Origin: the human T2T-CHM13v2.0 reference genome, Homo sapiens
DNA length: 64,000 nucleotides
Direction: 5' to 3' (one strand)
Assembly: GCF_009914755.1 (NCBI RefSeq)
Contig: NC_060947.1
Shown: positions 14,023 through 29,410 of the stretch, piece by piece
Position numbering within the stretch: position 1 is the stretch's first letter
Layout: the number at the start of each line of letters is the position of its first letter
Position numbers and translations under genes: made by a program
The notes under the pieces: generated by a model
Seen by the model: the letters and a program-made list of their open reading frames with translations, nothing else
The model's database searches: none
What the model was told of the DNA's origin: nothing

Positions 14023-14894
14023 CATTGGAATACACTTTTCAAGCTTTTGTCTATGATTTTTTTCTTTGCTCCGGAAAGGTTCTCCTCAAAGGGCGCAGAA
14101 AGTAGAACACAGAATTTGGGGATTCTCTGTGCTGAGGGGCTCAACAAGGTGTCCTGTGCTAAGTGTTGTAACTTGGGAATTTGTTTTTAATAAAACTCCT
14201 AAAGGAGCAGAAACATTAAGTTTGCAGTAATCACATATAAATTTGGCTCACTGGGGGATTTTCAATAGTGGGTTTTCTAGGCTTTAATTATTTAAACTAG
14301 CAAGACCCTGTATTTAGGTTTTATTTCTTATGATGAAATAATTACACCAGAATATCCAAGTGGCGGATTTCTCCCCAGCATGCATGAATTAAGTTAGAAA
14401 ATACATTGATTTTTCTTCCAATGATAACAAAAGGAAAGGTCACAGCTTCCAAAATGTCTCATTCCGGAGAGATTCATGCTTGGAATAGTGCATTCTCTAT
14501 TTAATGAGAATAAAACATGTGGGCGTTGAACAAATGTACCATTTTTTGCTTTGATTGCCAATGGAAAGTATATCAAGTCATATAGTAATTTAAGACACGT
14601 TAAAATATGTTATTAAATCTTAAGACATCCACTGTAATCCTATTTTATGTTCTAATATATGTAAACCAACATTTATTGTTAAAAAAATTACTTTTAGTTT
14701 CTATTTCAATACCCAATCTCCATGGGCCCTACCAACTTGAGCTCTCTGGGACCTGTGGAAATCTAGTTTGAGCTCTTGGGTATTTAATAAATAATCTGTA
14801 TAATGTTGTAAGGTGTCACAACTGGTGTCCAGATTCTGTGAGGAGGCTTTCAAGGCTTACTAGGAATAGAAGAAAACAAATAGAGTGGCAGAAT

Positions 14895-15155
14895 AATTGC
14901 TACCATATTAGCATTTTTTTTTTTTTTAACATTTGGGGCCAGACACTATGTCAGGTACCTTACTGAGTATTTCACTTAATCTTCATAACAATCTTTTAAG
15001 GACAGAATTCTTATTATGTTTGTTATGGCTCTGAGGCAGCTGAGGTTCAGAGAAGTCATGTGATTTTTTTCAAAGATACAGAGCTCATAAATGTCAGTGC
15101 TAAGCCCTGGGTCTATCATTCTCTAACCCTAAAATCCATATTCCTGATCCATATA
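14895..15155 (-). mobile_element. MIR SINE
   Basis: TTTCACTTAATCTTCATAACAA...CTGAGGTTCAGAGAAGTCATGTGA core, antisense. Confidence 0.65.
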
Positions 15156-15259
15156 CAGTATTTACCCACCTGACTGGAAAAGAACTAGAAGCATGGGACC
15201 AAAGTAGATGGGATTAAATACTATTTGCAACTCCAAAATAGTATTTCTGGCCTAAAGAT

Positions 15260-15862
15260 TGTAAACCAAAAAGTATCTGACACAAGTCTCAATCACCTTA
15301 GGAAGTTTATTTTGCCATGTTTAAGGATGCGCCTGTGACACAGCCTCGGAGGTCCTGACAACATGTGTCTGGGGTGGTCAGGGTACAGCTTGTTTTTATA
15401 CACTTTAGGGAGATATACATCAATCGATACATGTACGATTTACATTGGTTTGATCTGGAAGGGAGGGACAACTTGAAGCGGGTAGGGAGTTGGGGGAGGA
15501 GATGGGAGGGTCCCATGTCATAAATAGATTTAAACATATCCTGATTGGCAATTGGTTGACAGAGTTATTATCAGCAAAAAGGAATGTCTGGGTTAAGATA
15601 AAACGTTGTGGAGGCCTAGGTTTTATCATGCAGATGAGGCCTCCAAGTAGCAGGCTTTAGAGAGAATAGACTAAATATTTCTTACCAGACTTAAGGTCTG
15701 TGTTGATGTTAATGCTGGAGGGGTACAATGAGGCATATCCGACCCCCACTTCCCGTTATGGCTTGAACCAATTCTTCAGGTGAAATTTTAGAGTGTCCAG
15801 GTCTAGCAGGAAGTCCATTCAGATGGTTGCAGGTGGCCTTCAAATTTTATTTTTGGTTTACA
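15260..15862 (-). mobile_element. ERV1 solo LTR (MER4A-type)
   Basis: 13-bp inverted termini TGTAAACCAAAAA / TTTTTGGTTTACA; TSD AGAT/AGAC. Confidence 0.85.
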
Positions 15863-15874
15863 AGACTTTTTTAA

Positions 15875-16458
15875 CATGGGGGCCACGGCCGTCGGCCCCC
15901 TAACATTTCGCTAAAAAATCAATGCCCTGAGATAGATTAACAGGAGAAAAGGCATACAAATTAATTTAACATGTACCTTCTTCTTCAGAATGAAGATCCA
16001 CCCTGCCCCCGTTAATGAGGTACAGAAACCTACATACCATCTTGAGGTTATAGACAGAATGAGGGCTCAGAGCATGGCCAAAAACAGGTTTGTTGGTAAA
16101 GCAGGTTTTAATGGTAAGACAGGTTATGGGAGAAAAGAAAAGGCCTGGCTAGCAAAGGTAGTCTTATTATGTAGATGAAACCTCACAGGTAGCAGCCCTA
16201 AGAGAAAATAGATGGTAAATGTTTCTTTTCAGACCTTTAAAGGTATCAGACTTGAAGTTAATCCCTCCAAGATTAGGGAAAGGCCTAGAAAGGGAAGGCC
16301 TAGCTGCATTAATGGAGATTCTCTACAGATGCAAATTTCCCCCACAAAAATGCTTTGCAGGGCCACCTCAGTCTGGTCTTGCAGGCTGGGCTTGCAGCAG
16401 CCATTTCAAAATATGTCAAACAAATACACTTCAGGGTAAAATATTTTTATTTCCTTCA
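15875..16458 (-). mobile_element. ERV1 solo LTR (MER4 group, LTR49-like)
   Basis: Ends AAAATATTTTTATTTCCTTCA; shares the GGAGAAAAGGCATACAAATT and CCATCTTGAGGTTA motifs with the 11366-11950 LTR; TSD TTAA/CTAA. Confidence 0.75.
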
Positions 16459-17100
16459 CTAATACATTTAAAACTTAGAATAGCTCATCTAAACTATAGA
16501 ATGTACTCGATGCCTTTTGCTGCTCTAAAATGTTTACTCAACAGGGGGATCGTTCTTTGCAACAAACGTTCATCTGCTTCATAGGGTGGCGATACCTTGC
16601 TGAGGCCTCTGCTGCCTGTGTTTTTAACGCAGTTACAGCTTCTTGTATTATCTCCATACTCAATGATGAACTTAAATAATGCCCATACTGAAGCCCACAG
16701 AGACCTGTAAGTTGTGAGGGCAGAGGGAAAGGAGCAATGTCTCCCTGAGAGATTGCTGAGGAGAGAGGGTGGAGTAACTGATTCAAGGTGTTCAATATGC
16801 TATTACATGTTCTGTTCTCTTGAGGGAGTAATTTTGTGTTCTGCAGAAGATATTACAATCACAACTATGGGGAAGTAACATGATGTGGAAAACAGCAAGT
16901 CCTTTGGAGTCAGATAATGATGATGACATTGATAATAATGGTAATGAGGATAATAACAATAAAAATAGCAGCAGCAGCTATCATTTACTGAGTGCCTGCT
17001 CTGTATCAGCTGCTCTTCTGAGTACGTGTATTACCTCAATTAATTATTTACTAACCCTGAAAGGTATTCTTTCTATTATATAGATGTGGAAACTGAGATA

Positions 17101-17731
17101 TGGTCAGAGGTGTTTGAAACAGGGTGACTCCATCTTGAATAGGGGCTGGGTAAAATAAGGCTGAGATCTACTGGGCTGCATTCCCAGGAGGTTAGGGACT
17201 CTACATCACAGGATGAGATAGGAAGCTGGGACAAGGTTCAGGTCACAAAGACCCTGCTGATAAAACAGGATGTGGTAAAGAAGCTGGCCAAAACTCACCA
17301 AAATCAAGATGGCAACGAAAGTGACCTCTGGTCGTTGTCACTGCTTATCATATGCTACTTATGATGCATTAGCATGCTAAAAGACACCCCCATCAGCACC
17401 ATGACAGTTTACAAATGCCACAGCAACATGGGGAAGTTACCTTATATGGTCTAAAAAGAGGAGGAAACCTCAGTTCAGGGAATTGCCTAACCCTTTCCCA
17501 GAAAACTCATGAATACCCCTTGTTTAGCATATAATCAAGATGTAACTATAAGTATACTTATTTGAGCAGCCCATGCCACTGCTCTGCCTATGGAGTGGTC
17601 ATTCTTTTATTCCTTTACTTTATTAACAAACTTGCTTTCACTTTACTCTTTGAACTCACCCCAAGTTCTTTCTTGCACGAAGTCCAAGAACCCTCTTTTG
17701 AGGTCTGGATTGGGACCCCTTTCTGGTAACA
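17101..17731 (+). mobile_element. MER41B solo LTR (ERV1)
   Basis: GTCAGAGGTGTTTGAAACAGGGTGACTCCATCTTGAATAGGGGCTGGGTAAAAT...GGACCCCTTTCTGGTAACA, ~630 bp, includes the GAS-bearing block. Confidence 0.9.
17474..17503 (+). promoter_or_regulatory. Tandem GAS (TTCN3GAA) STAT-binding motifs in MER41B
   Basis: TTCAGGGAA at 17474-17482 and TTCCCAGAA at 17495-17503; binding is inferred only. Confidence 0.6.
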
Positions 17732-17829
17732 GAGTGGTTAAGCAATTTTCCAAGGTCACATGGGAAGTAGCTGACCTAGGTGCCTATCCCAAGCAGTCTG
17801 ATTCCAGAACATGTGATCTCAGCTAATTG

Positions 17830-18015
17830 TGGGTTCAATTTTGAGATCCATCACGTAGAAACTGTATGACTTGGAGCACATTATTTTCTTCCCTGAGCCT
17901 CATTCTCCTCGTATGTGAAAATGAGGGCTGTGGTGTAGATTATGTGAAACAATATACAGAAAAGCACCTAAGAGCACAGTGCCTGGTCCATGGTGAAGGT
18001 TCAGTAATATTTATT
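17830..18015 (+). mobile_element. MIR SINE
   Basis: CTGTATGACTTGG...CCTGAGCCTCATTCTCCTCGTATGTGAAAATGAGG...CACAGTGCCTGG. Confidence 0.7.
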
Positions 18016-18478
18016 GTTCTTCCTGCTTCCTGGTTGGTACTCTGGACCAGGTTTTCTCAAATTATGATCAAGAGAACACCTTTATCAGAATCACATACAG
18101 TGCTTATAAAAAATGCAATGCCAGCATTTCTTATGCTCAAGGATATTCAGTTCATAGCTGGAAGGTTTGGTATAAACAAGCAAAGTAAAATTTTGATGCC
18201 ACTTTCCAGCAAATAGCAATAAAAAGAAATTACTAAGTACCTTTAAATTCTGAGCAGATGTAGCTTTCTGGCCATCTGAATCAACAGCGTCACAAACATG
18301 TCAACAAAATATATAAATCTGACTAAATGTTACATCATCATTCAATCCCATTCTAGATATGATAATGAGGTTAGCAATAATAGTAGTAATATAGGGACCA
18401 ACTCTATTCATTGTGTTCCCAGAGTACTACCATGTATGTTAGTGAATGTACATACATAAGCACATGCATGAAAGAATG

Positions 18479-18502
18479 CACACACACACACACACACACA
18501 CA
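18479..18502. repeat. (CA)12 microsatellite
   Basis: Directly visible. Confidence 0.95.
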
Positions 18503-18950
18503 TGCATGCACATGCCTACAGACATCCAAAGTAAAGAGAAAACAAAGTGCAAACATTTCCTCAGGGTTCACATAGACCCGTCTGAAATGCACATGTCAAA
18601 AGAGAATTACCTTGTGTGGAGTTAATGAACTTTACATGGGTGGAGGGGGGGGTGTGTGGCCAGAAATAAGAGGCAAATTCTTCTCCTCTAGTTAATCTTT
18701 GGAAAACACCTTCTGTCCTGCAAATTTATAAAAGGTCCATGTTCAAAGTCTTTAAAGAAAAAAAAAATCACTTGGGGCATGTTCTATTCAGTATTTGATA
18801 CTTAAAGGTGGGCAGTGCACTGATTCAATCATTCATTCAAATACTGATTGATTGTCTACCATGTAACAAAACAAAATCTGAAAACCACTTATATCGTGAT
18901 TTGAACAAGGAATGGTCAAGTTATAAGGGAGGTTTGAGGGTTCAATAGCC

Positions 18951-19545
18951 CAGTGCTACTCAAACTTTAACATGCATTTGTATCACCTGGAGAATCTTGT
19001 TACAATGCAGACAATGATTAGGTAAGTCTGAGGTAGGTGCTTGAGATTCTGCATTTCAAATGAAAGATGACTGTGCTATACTACTGGCCTGAGGACCTCA
19101 CCTTAAGTAGCAAAGCTACAGTCTATATTGTACATTCCCAAACTTACTTATAGATCAGACGTTGATCCTTCTCATTCATCTCAGGCTCCTTTCATCAAAG
19201 TGGGTGACGGGAATCAGAATTGTCTGAAGGTGCTAATTAAATATGCAATCATCCCTAGGTGATGCTGATGCACACTAAAGTTTTAAAACCACTGCTTTAA
19301 GAAAAACAGTGACTAAAAATCATTCATATATGTGAAGCAAGCCTCAACTCCTCAATTTTACTGTAGGTCAATTATCCAACCGGCAACACGTTAGAATCAC
19401 CCTGGGAGATGTAAAAATACCAATGTTCTGGTTCTACCCCTGACCAATTAAATTGGGATTTCTGGTGGTGGGCCACAAGCATACATATTTTTTAAAAGCT
19501 CTCTAGGTGATTCTAATGTATAGATGGGGTTGAGAACCACTGCTA
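18951..19545. mobile_element. Cluster of about three MER5-type hAT-Charlie MITEs
   Basis: TIR-like CAGTGCTACTCAAAC (18951), TTTTAAAACCACTG (~19294) and TTGAGAACCACTG (~19542), plus internal ATCACCTGG and GGTGAT motifs. Confidence 0.7.
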
Positions 19546-19803
19546 CAAGGCAAATTGTTTTTTTATTTAAACTTAGGAATGTGGTTGATCCAAGCAGAAA
19601 TTGTGGAGTTAAGAGTTTGTCTTTTAATTCCTCTTTCTGGGCCTTTTTCATAAGCACTCTTCTTGCCCAAGATATGCATTGCCCTTGGGTTTCCCTGGCT
19701 GTCCGAGATTTGCTATCACTGTGACTCAATGATCTCGTGTGTTCCTCGTCCTGGCTTCCTTCCTTCATCAGAAGCAAAGCATGTGCCTCATCTCCTATGA
19801 GCC

Positions 19804-19804
19804 A

Positions 19805-19837
<33 letters not shown>
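19804..19837. repeat. (AT)n followed by poly-T
   Basis: Directly visible. Confidence 0.9.
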
Positions 19838-22315
19838 CCTGCTGGTGAGTAGAAACAGGTTAATCAGAAAAACCAATCCCCGGTCATGTGTAAATTAATG
19901 TGCTTTCCCTCTTTGGTAACACACTCCCTTAACCCAGTTTAAACAGACTTTAAGGCCCTTCTGAAGTGGGGAATGTCAAGCATGACTGTTGGATAATATA
20001 TTTGTGCCTCAAATAAGCTGCCAACTACTCCAATAACTGTTAGTCCTAGAGTTGGTTAAGAAAGGACTTCTGTTTTGTGGTTGATTTCATTATGAAAGGC
20101 ACTTTTTTCCATCATAAATACTGTCCAAGATATTATATGATGTTCTGTGGGTTTTATTTTTACAGAGGGAAATGCTAAATGTGGCGAGGAAATCATTTTG
20201 ACAGCAGTTGCTTTTGTTATGAAGAAGGGATTTAACAATTTTTAAAATATGTGCTCTTCTAAGCATGCGGAGGTGAGGAAGTCTTTGATCAGATCCTTGT
20301 AATCAAGGAGGCACAGAAGAAAACAAAGGATGCACAAATATGAGAAATTGACTACTTCCAGAAGGAAACTGTTACATCAACATCAATTAATATTTATTGA
20401 GCACCTACTGGGTACATAACACTCTGATAGCAACTTGAAAAATGACATGGAGTACATACCTATAAAACATAATTGCCAGGGCCTATTTTTGGCTATTTGT
20501 TTAAATTCATTATATCAAGGACAAGCAAGCAGGGTTGCTTATAATTTGGTCTCATTAATAAAACTGATTCCTAGGGAGACTCATTCAGAAGGATAGAAAA
20601 TAAACCATAATGAAATATTATTTTCTATTGTTCTGATAATTATAGCACATAACACACAGGTGGGGCCAAACACTGTAATTGCAAGTGTGATTCTCAAATT
20701 TTAGTAATCAACCCATTCCCAGAGGAAGTATGGGATCCAGCACGCTGTTACAGATTTTCTTCACCTATCATTTGTGCAATTCATAAATGCTATTGATTTT
20801 GTCCTTATGAACTGAGGTTAATTATGCTGGTATGTGTGTATATCACTGAGATGTGAGGTAAGAGAAATGAGACTGATTCCACAGCTTGCACATAGTAATC
20901 ATTTACACTAACTTATGCTCATGGATGACAACTCATACATTTATACCTCTTCTGCTTTGAAAATGGAGACAGGGTCTGAACCATGTGACATAATCACTTG
21001 AACATTTTAGCTAATATATTTCTATTTGACTTTAGTGAAATAAGCTAAAGAATCTGTGCTATAGGCATGTAAAAAATGCCAGAGTAACTTATGTGGAAGA
21101 TTCAAGCTGAGGAAATACTAAGACAATCTGAAAGTTTCATAAACATTAACTTGTCATAAGATATGGAAATTGGCCATGTTGCTTAAAATTCAGAGAAAAC
21201 TGATATTTGTTACAGATTATCACACTAATCAATTCACCTGACCATATTTTAGTACTCTGGTTGGGCATGGTTTTATTATTACTTGGAGTAGAAATCAATT
21301 TTGCAAATACTTTATTTCATGTATTTATAATGTACACATTTTTCACTTCCAGAAAATATCCAAGGTGCTTACCTTGTCAGGTAAGAAAAATAGATTAAGA
21401 AAAACTTAATGCATGTTCCTAGCACTCTAGGATGTCTATAGCCTGCTCCATACCAAGCCTTGAATATGATACATTTGAACAGCCTAGAGAGGCAAAGTCC
21501 CAATACTATGGGTCATATTTCCAATTTTTATTAAAATTGTGATTTGCCTTGGGCCTGTGAGGGTATACTTATCTGCCTAGCTTGATTATATTCTCTCTGA
21601 AGGTGGTCCAAGGTGAGAAACTTTCCACAGATGAAGAAATAACTTGGGTGGATTTGTTAGGAAGTTGGTGAATAATATCTATTGTTATTCTCAAAGTTTG
21701 CTGTATTTCTTACAGCAAATAGTGAGGTCACAGTACAGATTGGAAATAGTGTGACTAATCCTGGTAACTACTAAGCAACTTGAATAAACAGAGACAGGAA
21801 GAAGGAAGAAAGAAAGACAAGCTTATGGGGTACATATCCTGAGCCTGAGAATCTACCTATTTAGTTCACCAGCACTCACTGTTTTCCAAGAGATGATCTG
21901 ATCAGAAAGGATTACATTTACTCAAGTTTCAGGAAAATGCTTACTCATTTCTTGTCCACACATCTCAGATATTATCTTAAAAGAAATAATTGGTGAAATA
22001 GACTCTAGAACAACGTAAGGGGACATTTGTCCATAGTGATTAGGCTTTACTACACTTTGAGCAAGCAGAAGCACTGACTACTTTTGCGCTGGGTGATCTT
22101 TTTAAAAGTATGTGGATAGCCGGAGGAGCCAAGACGGCTGAATAGGAACAGCTCTGGTCTACAGCCCCCAGCGTGAGCGACGCAGAAGATGGGTGATTTC
22201 TGCATTTCCATCTGAGGTACCGGGTTCATCTCACTAGGGAGCGCCAGACAGTGGGTGCAGGTCAGTGGGTGCGTGCACTGTGTGCGAGCCGAAGCAGGGC
22301 GAGGCATTGCCTCAC

Positions 22316-22570
22316 TCAGGAAGCGCAAGGGGTCAGGGAGTTCCCTTTCCTAGTCAAAGAAAGGGGTGACAGACGGCACCTGGAAAATCGGGTCACTCCC
22401 ACCCGAATACTGCACTTTTCCGACGGGCTTAAAAAACAGCGCACCAGGAGATTATATCCCGCACCTAGCTCGGAGGGCCCTACGCCCACGGAGTCTAGCT
22501 GATAGCTAGCACAGCAGTCTGAGATCAAACTGCAAGGGAGCAGCCAGGCTGGGGGAGGGGCGCCCACCAT
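22316..22570 (-). CDS. ORF0: L1 antisense ORF0 homologue, 84 aa, open
   Basis: ATG at 22570 gives MVGAPPPAWLLPCSLISDCCASYQLDSVGVGPSE...IRVGVTRFSRC..., clearly ORF0-like; expression unknown. Confidence 0.55.
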   Translation of the reverse strand: MVGAPPPAWLLPCSLISDCCASYQLDSVGVGPSELGAGYNLLVRCFLSPSEKCSIRVGVTRFSRCRLSPLSLTRKGNSLTPCAS

Positions 22571-23024
22571 TGCCCAGGCTTGCTTAGGTAAACAAAGCAG
22601 CCAGGAAGCTCGAACTGGGTGGAGCCCACCACAGCTCAAGGAGGCCTGCCTGCCTCTGTAGCCTCCACCTCTGGGGGCAGGCACAGACAAACAAAAAGAC
22701 AGCAGTAACCTCTGCAGACTTAAATGTCCCTGTCTGACAGCTTTGAAGAGAGCAGTGGTTCTCCCAGCACGCAGCTGGAGATCTGAGAACGGGCAGACTG
22801 CCTCCTCAAGTGGGTCCCTGACTCCTGACCCCCGAGCAGCCTAACTGGGAGGCACCCCCCAGCAGGGGCAGACTGACACCTCACACGGCCGGCTACTCCA
22901 ACAGACCTGTAGCTGAGGGTCCTGTCTGTTAGAAAGAAAACTAACAAACAGAAAGGACATCCACACCAAAAACCCATCTGTACATCACCATCATCAAAGA
23001 TCAAAAGTAGATAAAACCACAAAG

Positions 23025-24038
23025 ATGGGGAAAAAACAGAGCAGAAAAACTGGAAACTCTAAAAAGCAGAGCGCCTTTCCTCCTCCAAAGGAACGCAGTT
23101 CCTCACCAGCAACGGAACAAAGCTGGATGGAGACTTTGACGAGCTGAGAGAAGAAGGTGTCAGACGATCAAATTACTCCGATCTACAGGAGGACATTGAA
23201 ACCAAAGGCAAAGAAGTTGAAAACTTTGAAAAAAATTTAGAAGAATGTATAACTAGAATAACCAATACAGAGAAGTGCTTAAAGGAGCTGATGGAGCTGA
23301 AAACCAAGGCTCGAGAACTACGTGAAGAATGCAGAAGCCTCAGGAGCCGATGCGATCAACTGAAAGAAAGGGTATCAGCGATGGAAGATGAAATGAATGA
23401 AACGAAGCGAGAAGGGAAGTTCAGAGAAAAAAGAATAAAAAGAAACGAGCAAAGCCTCCAAGAAATATGGGACTATGTGAAAAGACCAAATCTACATCTG
23501 ATTGGTGTACCTGAAAGTGACGGGGAGAATGGAACCAAGTTGGAAAACACTCTGCAGGATATTATTCAGGAGAACTTCCCCAATCTAGCAAGGCAGGCCA
23601 ACGTTCAGACTCAGGAAATACAGAGAACGCCACAAAGATACTCCTCGAGAAGAGCAACTCCAACACACATAATTGTCAGATTCACCAAAGTTGAAATGAA
23701 AGAAAAAAATGTTAAGGGCAGCCAGAGAGAAAGGTCGGGTTACCCTCAAAGGGAAGCCCATCAGACTAACAGCAGATCTCTCGGCAGAAACTCTACAAGC
23801 CAGAAGAGAGTGGGGGCCAATATTCAACATTCTTAAAGAAAAGAATTCTCAACCCAGCATTTCATATCCAGCCAAACTAAGCTTCATAAGTGAAGGAGAA
23901 ATAAAATACTTTATAGACGAGCAAATGCTGACAGATTTTGTCACCACCAGGCCTGCCCTAAAAGAGCTCCTGAAGGAAGTGCTAAACATGGAAAGGAACA
24001 ACCGGTACCAGCCACTGCAAAATCATGCCAAAATGTAA
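23025..24038 (+). pseudogene. L1 ORF1p, frameshifted
   Basis: ATGGGGAAAAAACAG start; coiled-coil/RRM/CTD peptides split across frames (23291-23836 and 23709-24038). Confidence 0.92.
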
Positions 24039-24101
24039 AGACCATCAAGACTAGGAAGAAACTGCATCAACTAACGAGCAAAATCACCAGCTAACATCAT
24101 A

Positions 24102-27924
<3,823 letters not shown>

Positions 27925-28224
27925 ACAATGAGAACACATGGACACAGGAAGGGGAACATCACACTCTGGGGACTGTTGTGGGGTGGGGGGAGTGGGGAGG
28001 GATAGCACTGGGAGATATACCTAATGCTAGATGACGAGTTAGTGGGTGCAGCGCACCAGCATGGCACATGTATACATATGTAACTAACTTGCACATTGTG
28101 CACATGTACCCTAAAACTTAAAGTATAATAATAATAATAAAAAAGTATGTGTATAGCCACCATCTCTGATAGAGGAATTGAAATAGAGGGTAGGTTTTTT
28201 TCTGTAAGTATATTAAAAATAATA

Positions 28225-28518
28225 TCTTCTTCCAGGAAAAGGATCAGGCATACTTACCGCCCATGATAAACTATTTGGCTTCGTTAAGCTCAGAGTTTCT
28301 TTCCTATAATGCATCCCACTGCCTATGTAGATGTCATATGATCCTTTCCATATTTCACTTGGGAACTGTGGCTCAGGGAACTTATACAAATGCTGATACT
28401 GTGGGTACTGCTACTGCTATGAATAATAAATTGTCCCTTGCCTCTGATCCAGGAGTCTCCTGTCTTCTACGACGTTAACTTTCTAGCTTGCAAGTAGGGT
28501 AAAATCTCAGACTTGTCA
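28225..28518 (+). mobile_element. ERV LTR 3' fragment (family uncertain)
   Basis: AATAAATTGTCCCTTGCCTCTGATCCAGGAGTCTC...CTTGCAAGTAGGGTAAAATCTCAGAC R/U5-like motif. Confidence 0.55.
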
Positions 28519-28939
28519 TGGTTATTAAGAAACAATAGAATGTTAGACCTAAAAGGGACATTAGCGATATGTAGTCCAACATATCAACCCATAAAAGGCT
28601 CTGATAAATTCTACAGTGAGGACAGTCATTTAACGTTGATTAACTTGGTTTTGCAAAACATGTTTGTGCATAGATACATTTTTCTTTTTACATAACGCCT
28701 ATTAGCATTTTTTGGATTTATTGGAGAAAATGCTGCCTTAGGCTGAAGTCCAAACTGCTTAACATGTCCTATGAAGCTGGTCTATCTCTCCTTATCTCTG
28801 TTTTATAAATGAGGAAACTGAGACCCAGAATTTATCTCTCCAAGGTCAAAGAGGTGATTAACAATACTCATGACTAAAGATAATTAAAGCATATCCAAAG
28901 GCAAACAGCGTAACTCTGAATTTGTTTATTATCTCATTT

Positions 28940-29303
28940 TAGACTTAACGTGCTCCATCCAGATCTCCTGGCATTTCTCCTACAATATCTGTGTGCCTGT
29001 CCCCATGCCTATTTTTGTTTCCAACCACCATGGTCTTCAGGAACAGAAGTATGAAATTCCAGCATCCTTGCCTCAGGTTGGGAGGATTCTGAGATATAAC
29101 AGTCTAGCATTCCTCCGTGGAGTCCAGCAGAAGCCTACGTTCCCCAGGACTTTTGCCCAAGATTACACTCCTACTTGGCTTTCTATCACTGTCCTGCTTT
29201 ACTCACTCTCTTACCAGTTTCTCCTGGGAGCACTTCCTTAATAAATCACTTGTACAGAAACCCTCATCTCCAAGTTGGCTCCTGGAGAACCTGACCCAAG
29301 ATG
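28940..29303 (+). mobile_element. LTR16-type (ERVL) solo LTR
   Basis: 3' end TTTCTCCTGGGAGCACTTCCTTAATAAATCACTTGTACAGAAACCCTCATCTC...GGAGAACCTGACCCAAGA. Confidence 0.75.
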
Positions 29304-29361
29304 GTAATCTAATTATTTAAGTTAATTAGACAACTCTCTGAGCTTTGAGAGAGCAGTATTT

Positions 29362-29370
29362 GTGTGTGTG

Positions 29371-29408
<38 letters not shown>
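29362..29408. repeat. (TG)n microsatellite
   Basis: Directly visible. Confidence 0.95.

Positions 29409-29410
<2 letters not shown>

Larger units (their letters stand above)
16950..17820 (-). mobile_element. MIR SINE split by MER41B (pieces ~16950-17100 and 17732-17820)
   Basis: The core AGATGTGGAAACTGAG resumes after the LTR as GAGTGGTTAAGCAATTTTCCAAGGTCACA. Confidence 0.75.

Noticed and set aside
11366-16458. Similar LTRs at 11366-11950 and 15875-16458 as the two ends of one provirus
   Set aside because: Each has its own TSD, they diverge strongly over half their length, and no internal ERV sequence lies between them.
19448-19876. 142-aa minus-strand ORF
   Set aside because: Runs through poly-T/(AT)n and a MER5 element; no homology evident.
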